DNA of 60,643 bases, counting the filler, from Gonapodya sp. JEL0774 (taxonomy: Eukaryota), in NCBI GenBank assembly GCA_027604505.1. It is 2 parts of 2 records of this genome, joined end to end, with 100 filler letters (N's around TTAATTAATTAA, not from the genome) between each part and the next. Parts side by side here need not be neighbours in the genome. Positions count along the whole stretch, not along the records: positions 30,571 to 60,643 come from JADIIX010000205.1; 1 more part is not named here. One strand, given 5' to 3'. The position numbers and the translations under genes were made by a program. Below the pieces are notes generated by a model. It was not told where the DNA came from and made no database searches. It saw nothing but the letters and a program-made list of their open reading frames with translations. Every line of letters starts with the position of its first letter. Within the stretch, counting starts at the first letter, position 1. Shown piece by piece: positions 51,594 through 60,643 of this stretch.

Positions 51594-53320
51594 CGGGACC
51601 CGTTGTACCAGACAATCAATGGGAGAATGACACGAGCACAGAAGACGCGAAGCCGGCAGATTTATCAGAAATGTGTACGATCAGTTCACTGTGAAGTCAA
51701 CGGTTGTGAATTAATGCAATTGCAAGCCAACTCACCCTCGCTCATCATCCCAGCGTACCTCGTGGTTTTGGCTGGTCTGCAACCTGCGGCTTGGCCTCTA
51801 CGTGCTCTTTCGTCTGAGACAATCACGTTTGTCTCTCGTCACGTCTCCCCCTCCTGCAGAATGGTCTCGCTCAGCTGGTCCCGAATAGGTTCGCCCTTGA
51901 GGAACGCTATTGTCCGAGAGTTGTCAAAGGACGCTACCACGAACAAGGAAGCGCGCAAGTAAGAGGAATGACCGTAGCGCAAACGTTCTACGGTCTCAGA
52001 ATAGTCCTCCTGTGCAAGTCGTGGCTGAACGCGTAAATTGTTCGCTCGATCCCTCGGCATTCGATTACACCGGAACAACTCCTGGTCTTATATCTCCCCA
52101 TCCCGACTCACTGACTAATGTCCGCCTTTTGTTCGTTGGTCTCTCCGTAACTCTAAGCTGTCGATCCTCCGAGTATCCGCTTTTGGACAAAGTGGCAACA
52201 AACCTCTCCGAAGAGGGTCTCCTCTGTAAGAAACGCAAGGCATACTCACTAGTATGGGTATGAATGCAGCTTTGCCGCTGGAGCTGCCAGAGCGGGGGGG
52301 TATAAATGCAATCCGTGCGGAGATTGCCGTTTTCACCGAGCGCCGAGTTCGGAATGAAGGGCGCACGAAGCCACCAACCCTTCCTTCCCAGCCCTCGGTC
52401 TTTGTTCAAAAGACCCTCAAAAATTGTACTTCTTCCTGATATTAGCAAGCGTATTCTCTCTTTTTGTTTTGAGAGAGATCGATGGCATGAGAATGAATCA
52501 AGTGTGAAAACAAAGAAGTTGGCGCCGAAAGTGGGCAGATTGCAGAGTCTTGAGATTCGATCTGGTAGTGCTCCTTCGCTATATAATCATGATATCGTCG
52601 TGCCACGGATACTGATCCCACCTATCTCGCCCGCTAATGTCTCTACTTAAATAAACGCGTGATCGACTGGACGGCTACGCACGCTCGATCGGCTTCCTAC
52701 AATGCAGCTTGTGATCCTCTTATTCCAAGGAGCGACATTGAGAAATGAAAGCCTGTGCACGGTCAATATGTGGATCATCAGGGACCGGTGTAGGAAGATT
52801 TTCCCCCTCTGCAAAGTCGCCGGGATCTCGTTTACGCGCATCATTCGGTGGATTGCATCGACCGCAACTGAAGAACAGGATCTGTCAAAGAAAAGTAATC
52901 TTGCATGAGCGAAGCATAGATTTCACAGATGAACTGCTCGGCTCTGGTGAGCGTGCAATTCGGCGACATTACTTCGGCGTTCTTCAAAACACAGGCCCGT
53001 GCGGTCTGGTAGGAATCCGGAATCGCTCTAAGTCATAAAGAGTGAGTGTTCAGAGTGTAATTCGACAAATCTGCGGTATCGTTCGGGCATGGAAACTCCA
53101 ACACCGCGATTGCATATTGCACGCATAAATTACATGAATCAAGTTCAACTGTTGGACAAGTATAGAATTCATCCTTCCTCTTCCTTTGCATGCCCAACAA
53201 AGAGGGACTGTGTCGGCCGAATTGTTCCAGTTGTTCCGCACTTGCATGACCCAGTCCCCACCACAGCCTGCAGGCGTCAGTCATTCCTGCAACCCTTCAT
53301 CCAAGGTGGCTCCAATCACA

Positions 53321-54254
53321 ATGAGGCCGGCGTCCCCTGCTTCACTCTTGCGAGTCAGCGCTACACCGGCGTCCCTGAGCTTCAACAAAGTCTTCCATTG
53401 TCCGCTGTGTGGCCGCAAGTTTACGAGGAAAGGTCAGTACTGATGTCTCCGGGGAACTTCGCGTCCCACGGGGGTCCTCGGCTCTACCGGAATCGTCTCG
53501 CTTTATACTGATCCTCTTTTCTTCTTTGGAATCACTCGACGCGTTCCTGGCGTATTCTTACCTCACTGTGTGTCCCGATTCGATCATATCCCCGAATTCC
53601 CGTCTAATAGACGTCATGATCCGCCATCAAACGCGCCGCGCCTGTCGTGGCAATGTAATGCACAGCTTTGGAACACAGAATGACCGGTATCCCGATAGTG
53701 AACTGATGGAGCGAGCAAGGCAGATGCAACAACCATCCCCGTCTCGTCTGCAAGATCAACTCCGCGCCCCTGAAGAGCCTCGAACAAGAGCCAGCAGCTC
53801 TGGAATGACTCAACCGTGGTCGCGCAGTCCAATGAAGTCTTCGGGGGTTTTGTGGACATCACTTCCGGGGAGGCTTAGTCCTTGTACTGCGCCTGCGGAA
53901 CTTTCCGGTTCCCAATTACGTACGCCTGCGAAGCAATACTCCCTAAATGGAGGTTCCAATGAATTTTACCTCAGCACTCAAAGCATTTTGAGCATCCACA
54001 GACCTCAACTGCCTCGTCTGTCCATGGACCTCGAAGATGTCACCCTTCCTGCCTTTCAGGAGGTGCACACAAGTGCCACAGGAGTCCTGATCATACCAGA
54101 CAACTACCCGCAAGCCGATTCGACCGATAGCGATACCATGCACGAATCAGAACCAAAAGCAACAAAGAAGAGAGGACTGGGACTCGAGTTGATGGAACCT
54201 TCGGCTCGGCCTAGCGAGCCGCGAGCACCGAAGTTCCCGTTTCGTCCATGGTGA
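53321..54254 (+). CDS. Single C2HC-type zinc-finger protein, paralog 1
   Basis: FHCPLCGRKFTRK|DVMIRHQTRRAC (intron 53433-53610); ends MEPSARPSEPRAPKFPFRPW*. Confidence 0.8.
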
Positions 54255-55143
54255 AGGAGTTTTGAGTAGAAATGAACAGACGTTGGTAGAACAAACATTT
54301 GATGGAAGGTGCACCCACTTACGGCGGTGTGGGTTCGGCTCTTGGTGTTATCCCCAACTCAAAGGAATCACAGTCAAGTCTCGACCAATGGGGAGATAGT
54401 TCAACGTTCTTTCAATTAAGTAGCCGATCTCTAGCTGTTGGTTGCGAGTCACACGCACAATATTTTTCACTGCTAAATTATCGCAGATAATTCTGTACTC
54501 CACACTGTTCGAACGGCTTAAACAGCCATTCGCTTCTCGAAATTTCGAAAATCTGATGCCAGCACTGTAGCTTTGGCTCCACTATCAACCAACAGGGGAT
54601 GGCGGCGAAGCTGCTATCGGGTGTTTTGCGGGCACAGTACAGTCCATCACGACAATGTCAAAGATCCCGTCGCGATTAGTCACGGGCGATAACGCCCATT
54701 AACAATGCAATTTCAATTTCTTCGATTCGCTTTAGCCGTTTTCTGCCCGCACACGCATTGACTGCTGTTTTCAAGCATTGGATCAAATTAAACGTTCGTA
54801 CGTGGAGTACCTCTCCTGCACCCTTTGTCCAGCGCTGGCCACCGGCTTATCTCCACCTCATCTTCGAGTCCATGGGAGCGCTCCGTCAGGCCCAGAGCAT
54901 TTGTCCCCGACACTTGCTACTCCACGTCATGTCGACGTAGCAGGAACTGTTTTTCTGAGTAACGATTAGCATTATTGCCACTTCAGAATCAGTTGCAAGT
55001 TAAGTTTTTGAGATGTCTATATACATTTCAAGTCCACCTAAATGTGCGTGCAAAACGATCATACCAGATGCATTGACCATGACCGTCGAAAGTCCGAAAT
55101 GTCCAAAACTGCAATACTCCCGCTTAGCATAAGCTCTTAATAA

Positions 55144-56050
55144 TCATCGACAGAAGAGAGGGAAAACTGGTAGCGGGGGTTGTGGAGGGCAGAAGGATGG
55201 TTCCAAAAAGGCAGCGGGCCCAAAAGACACCACGTCGTCTTGTTGCCGTGGCCAAAGTGCGAACACTGCATTGTCCACCACCCGACATGGAGATGTGAGT
55301 TCAATCATCCGTCGTCCTGTAGAACATATGGTTGATCCTGTATGGTTGTGCAACAGCGGCTTCGGAGTGTCCCATGACGAGGTGGAAGAGAGGGGTGAGG
55401 AAGCAATAGAGAGTGGCCGTAGCAAGTTATCCATGTCACGCCGCATGCTTGCCGATTCTTTTTTGATAGCAGGATGTTGGGGGATGGCGTTGGGGAGGTT
55501 CGCTTGCGGGGAGGATGTCGAATCAGTGCTCGGGAGCGGAGATGTGTTCCTCATGGGATAAAGCGATGAGTGAACAAGTTGATCGCGGCTGCGTTGTTCT
55601 CCATAGAACGAGTGAAGCGGCGGCGTTGGAGACTGGAACCCTCGGATCGGAGGCGAGGGATGTCCGACAGGTCGGTTTGGTGCACTATGGAGGGTGCCAG
55701 TTGGGGGGCTCAACCTTGAGACTTGAGGAGGGCTGGACTTGCCCTGAAAACTTTCCCGAGCTCCTGCTGTGCCGCCGGACCGTTGGATCATCGCGGAAGC
55801 TCGACATGTTGGGCGGTTCTGGTGCCGTAGCATTACATCTGAGGGGAGATCGGAGAATGTGGAGGGAAATCCAAAGAAGTGTTCGGACGCAGAAATAGAA
55901 CAGCGAGGAGCTGCTGTGAGCTGCCTATGGCTGTGACGGCGACTCAATGATCTCACCTTTTCGGGTAAATGTCCGCGCGCAAATCGCGCAACGAAAAGCT
56001 CTTTCACTTGAAGTTCCATCCACAGCTCCTTCACTCGTTCGGTTCATCAT
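55144..56050 (-). CDS. Single C2HC-type zinc-finger protein, paralog 2
   Basis: FRCAICARTFTRK|DVMLRHQNRPTC; ends FLEPSFCPPQPPLPVFPLFCR*. Confidence 0.8.
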
Positions 56051-56979
56051 TCTTCTGACCGTTCACCAATGCTTCGTTTTGCTTATAAATTTCGGTGTGT
56101 GGTCTCGGTGGAGTCAGGCGTTTATGTATGACCTGGAAGGGTCGCAGACAAAGGACCCGAAAGCGGTAAAACCACGATCTCCCGATCTCCCGTAGAAGGA
56201 CACAACAACAATCGAGTATTGTCGCCATTATTTCTACACCTCCAATAACTCATTGATGACAACGGTCCTCCGTACTCTCTCGATTTTTCGTGGAGCCTTG
56301 GTCCGTCTTTTCTCGTCCTTCTCCAAAGTTGGGGGAGGCTGGAAAAGGTTGTTTTAGTTTCGCCGGCCACCGGACCCCACACCCCCCCTCCAATCCCGTG
56401 GCGGCGCATCAACTGATTGCACCGTGCTTCCCGTCTAGGGGGGGTTTCTCTGTACGAAAATCAGCAGACTTTTCGGTTGGTGAAGGCCAAAAGGATTATT
56501 CCTTCGCAAAAGCGTTTGAATATCCGGGGCTGCCTCATTACGAATCAACTTTACTGGTCCGACAACGGTTCGTTCGAGCGCTGCAGAAGAAACCAATCGC
56601 ATTCGCTCCGTCGATCGGAGTCTTTACATACCCGCCACACACATTGTGACCGTACAAAAGAGTCTGGCGATATCTCAACCTTCATGACGCCCCGTTTCAC
56701 CTGTTTGCGGGGAAGTGCGGCATACTCAAGCCGTGCATGGCAGTCGATTGAGGTAGCAAATCACTTTTCGTTGCGAACGAGTCCTCGATCAAGCACTCAC
56801 GTCGAAGTCGGGGTGGCGCACCTTGTTTACTCTTCAGGTTCTGGCTCCTCCAACACCCGGTCTCCAAGAAGTGGTCTCCAACGAATATATAATTCGCGAA
56901 TACTCACCGAAGTGGTCATGGTCTCCAGGTACTTTAAGAAACTATTTTGCTCTTATCAAAGACTGACAATCACTCTCCG

Positions 56980-57929
56980 ATGGAAAGGAGCATCGACGTC
57001 TTCACCCCTCGACGCGCCAAGAACCCAAAAGTCTTCCGGTGCTCTCTTTGTCGGCGGGAGTTCACCAGAAAAGGTGAGCGGAAACACGATGCTGATGTGA
57101 AAGAGTCCCGCACACGACATTTGATCACGCTCTTCCTCATTCCGTCTTCCTTGTGTTCATGGACTGGAACCCACCCCCTCTCCACATCATATGATCACCA
57201 GACGTTATGATCCGACATCAAACGCGACCCACATGTCGGAAATCTGCACAGCTTCTTGATCCAAGCAATCGGTGTCCAACAGGAGAAATCCCGTCCGCTG
57301 CTTTCACCAGTCCCCGGATCGGACTTCCTCCTCCCACGCCACATGACAATCCCCATGATGACCATGGTGATCCGAAGAACGGAGCGAGTCAGCACGGGGA
57401 ATTGCCGAGCAATTCGGCTCGAATCCAGCCCGAAACTCGAATCCCGCCAACCGGGAGCCCCACTCAGCTTCTACCCCGCATTCCCCCCCGCAGTGCCTCC
57501 CTCACATCGCTCCCTTCCCGCAATGTCCACAAGCACGACCTGGCTGCCCCCATAGAGAGCACAAGAACGAGCTTAAACTCCACCATGGGTCATCTGTCTG
57601 ATCGGCCAAGGGAATACGGAAACCATGGGGTGAGTCTCGAACTGATTAGGTTAAGAGGTTCGAGTCACCATCATTCGGGCAACCGGAATCCCAACGACCT
57701 TTCTTTCTATGTCTCCTAGAGCAATAACTACCCACTCAATTTCCCATTCGGAGTCGGCCGACAGTCATCTGTCTCAGACCTTTGCCACCCGCAGCCCCCT
57801 TCATTCCCCCACTTGTCTCTTGAGCACCCCGCCGCTAGAATCTCACAGCCTGCCCCAGCAAGATTTTTGGAACCATCGATACGCCCCCCTGAGCCGCGAG
57901 CTCCAGTGTTTCCCCTGAATGTGATATGA
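56980..57929 (+). CDS. Single C2HC-type zinc-finger protein, paralog 3
   Basis: FRCSLCRREFTRK|DVMIRHQTRPTC (intron 57074-57201); second intron 57630-57719; ends FLEPSIRPPEPRAPVFPLNVI*. Confidence 0.8.
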
Positions 57930-58320
57930 TTGCACACGCAATTGCCTCCGAAGCGGCCCGACTATACGCCTCCTTCGTTGGGACTGATGTCGTGAAGGAA
58001 GAGCCTTCGGATCTAATAAAATGACCATTTGTGACTGTTACCGTACAATAGTACATTATGTTGGAAAGAACTACTATATCATTTTTGAAATTTCTTCTTC
58101 TGTAAAATGTATATAATCTGGAATACACACAAGCACAGAGTTTTGCCATTACATATGACGCTCTAGTAACATCCATGGTTGGAGTGCTCCCTTCCATTGT
58201 TGCACAGGTGTTACGGTCCATGGCGGTCGCAAAAACGAAACGTCGACAAAGTATGGCTGAATATTACAAGCGGTAGAACAAAGCTTGATGCCGCCTCCCA
58301 TGCCCGTTCTCATCAACACC

Positions 58321-58966
58321 CTATCGCGCTTGTTGTGCTTCTCGCCGGGCAGCGTCTTGGAGGAGGGCCTAGAGAGAGTTGTATTCGGATCAAGTGAAGA
58401 CGGACAACGGGATCAACGGCACCACAAGGACTCACAGTATCTACAGCGGCGGCGGGTAGAGAGACATAGCGAACCACACTTCCTCGAATGAAGCAGTTTT
58501 TCACGGCCATCTGATGTGAATGAAGGCTAGAGTCAGTTACGGAATACGAGGAGCGATTGGAACTGTCATGGATCCCTTATTTTCCAGTTCCCATTTCACG
58601 AACAAGCCTCAGACGCCTCCTTTGACATAGTGCTATTCGGGTTCCGGTATCCTAACTCATTGGTGCTGTTCAGTTGGTCGGCCCTGCAATCATCCCAGAC
58701 GTCCACTCTTTCGGAGTGCCACCCAGCCACTGCAACTCACCATATGCGGCCATTTTTGTTCATCCTGCACGCTGACCCCATCCAATTTGATGTTCAGGTA
58801 TTGATCCACGCTGACAAGCGTCCCCTTCACTTCCAAGTCGTTTTTTAGTTCGACAACCACTGTTTTACCAACGAGAGTTTTGAAGAACGAGTAGAATAAC
58901 TTATGATGAAGAGTGCTCGACATGAGACATGGAGGCGATAGAACGATTGGTGGGAAGACTCACCAT
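58321..58966 (-). CDS. LSM2: U6 snRNA-associated Sm-like protein LSm2
   Basis: M|LFYSFFKTLVGKTVVVELKNDLEVKGTLVSVDQYLNIKL...PHM|MAVKNCFIRGSVVRYV...|ALLQDAARREA. Confidence 0.97.
58606..58700 (-). ncRNA. Candidate intronic C/D-box snoRNA in LSM2 intron 2
   Basis: C-like GGGATGA (GATGA at 58694-58690), D' CTGA (58673-58670), D CTGA (58612-58609), 3-bp terminal stem, ~90 nt, inside a ~230-nt intron. Confidence 0.35.
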
Positions 58967-59555
58967 GCTCCAGAAGTGTCGATTGCAGGGCTCCGCTCCA
59001 CGATTCCACGTTGTCCAGTGATTCCTCTGAGGAATATAACTTCACACTAGCTAAGAATTTTGCTCTTAGACCCTTGGATGACACTTCTGTCGAACAACTT
59101 TTAAAACTGGTGAAGCGCGGGTTGTCGAAGAGGAGGTGTTTTGAAGAGCTGTGGTCACTCGTTCTATTCAACCTGTCACGAACTCTTGAGATAGGTGACA
59201 GAGGGGCATACTGAGCGTACTGAGCTAGACAGAATAATTATTGCACCATGTTTTGTGAGATGAGGGAAGGTGCGTTGATTTCTTGTTCTTGTATTTATTG
59301 CACCTATCAAATAGGGGAACTCCTGCGGAACTCAACAAAATTTTGAGACGGGCAAAGTATGTGCACATAAATCGCCTTGGTCGTACGGTGTGTTTAGTGC
59401 CGTCCTGTTTCGTAATATGTGAGTGATCCCTGATCCACTGGCACATGATGATCGGCACGAGCAGCGAAATCACCAGCACGTACCTACGCCATTTGGCTCC
59501 AAAGACCTCGATTATGGTCAAAGAAACATTTGCCCAAGCAGATGAGCTTGACCCC

Positions 59556-60643
59556 ATGGCAGAGGGCTCGTATTCGTCTTTCGAAACGGAAAGCTCCCCC
59601 TCGATCGTTCCTTTGAGGTTTATTGACTACGCAGCATTGGCCGCAGACCCAACGTTGCTTTATGGATCAGCCCGCGATGAGGCAGCCATTAAGCGAAAAG
59701 AGGCTCTCGCAGCACTGGAGGACGCAGTCCATAATGTTGGTGAGTCACGCGGAGCTCGTCCCCAAACTGGATCCTCACCGTGGGCTCTCATCACTCTGTC
59801 GATGTATTCTGCGCCAGGGTTCTTCTATCTAAAAAATTTCCTGATTCCAACCGAGCTCTTGCGAGACATGTGGGCGCTAGGGCGTGAGATCTTCGCAATG
59901 ACGACTGAGGAGAAGCAGAAGTACGCAATACCAAGACCTGGAGACACCTATGGGTGGAAAGCCCAGGGTAGTGAAGTGGTAGACTCCAAGGGCACTGTGG
60001 ACGGACACGAACAGGTGCTGTGAGCCGCCCCCTTTAAGCGCGCGAGTTGAGGTCTGCACCGCCGCTCTCACCATTCACCTCATTGATACATCGTCGGCGC
60101 AACCAGTACAATTGCCCGAAATACATAGAGCCCTATATTTCGAATTTTGAAGCTATTCCCCCCGTCGAAAAGAAACGGAGGGACGTCGAACGTTTTACCC
60201 AAGTGAGTAGCAAAAATATCGGCGCAAGGGATTCACGATGTAATTCAAATCCCCTGGAATTGGTACATCAGCTTTGCCACGACCACTGCCTCACTCTCTT
60301 GCGTGCCTTTGCGGAAATTTTGGACATTCGAGACTCGGACGGCAAACCGGATCCACATTATTTTGCAAGGACGCACGGATACCAGCAGCCAACTGGAGAC
60401 TTTGTCAGGTGGATTCGACAGCCGGCAAAGCAGAATCGTGACTCACAGAATGATGTACGATTGAGAGGACACACTGGTGAGCAAAATTTCTCTCCAATGT
60501 CATTATTCGCGCAACAAGGTGTTCTGATCAGTGCTTCAACGATCACACTTTATATTGTTAGACTTCGGATCCATTACTTTGCTGTTCAGTCAACCTGTGT
60601 CAGGACTGCAGATACTCTCTCTGGATGAGACTCGCTGGCTCAA
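59556..60643 (+). CDS. 2OG-Fe(II) oxygenase (IPNS/DIOX-like), 3' truncated by the window end
   Basis: LRFIDY...AVHNV|GFFYLKN, IFAMTTEEKQKY, spliced LRGHT|DFGSITLLFSQPVSGLQIL with the HxD motif. Confidence 0.9.

Noticed and set aside
51600..53300. Several overlapping short ORFs
   Set aside because: No motifs or splice-consistent model; likely the divergent promoter/UTR region between the kinase and zinc-finger 1.

Overview
Gene-dense, intron-rich eukaryotic genomic DNA. Short GT-AG introns, micro-exons and the gene content suggest a fungus, probably an early-diverging zoosporic lineage (inference). About 24 spliced genes or pseudogenes can be reconstructed by hand. In order: a CobW/COG0523 GTPase (partial), an acyl-CoA dehydrogenase, a secreted GH7-like glycoside hydrolase, the PKA catalytic subunit, a RING E3 ligase, MON2, two inverted cytochrome b561 paralogs flanking an SDR, and a mucin-like TM-SH3 protein. 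After an assembly gap come a decaying tandem-duplicate zone (two BTB genes, two MYND genes), a Tc1/IS630-type HTH gene without a DDE domain, a CLASRP-like splicing factor, a GT90 glycosyltransferase, a TOPBP1-like BRCT protein, a Ser/Thr kinase, three paralogous single C2HC zinc-finger genes, LSM2 and a 2OG-Fe(II) oxygenase (partial). The most notable item is a ~38-aa Cys/Trp-rich module present three times, two copies built with 14-nt micro-exons, in front of a much-shortened GH7 domain; it is a candidate undescribed carbohydrate-binding module. Other notable items: an SDR with YxxxQ instead of YxxxK, a possibly domesticated transposase DNA-binding domain, the zinc-finger trio sharing a C-terminal proline motif, and a candidate C/D-box snoRNA in an LSM2 intron. 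All exon structures are manual predictions and no database searches were run.
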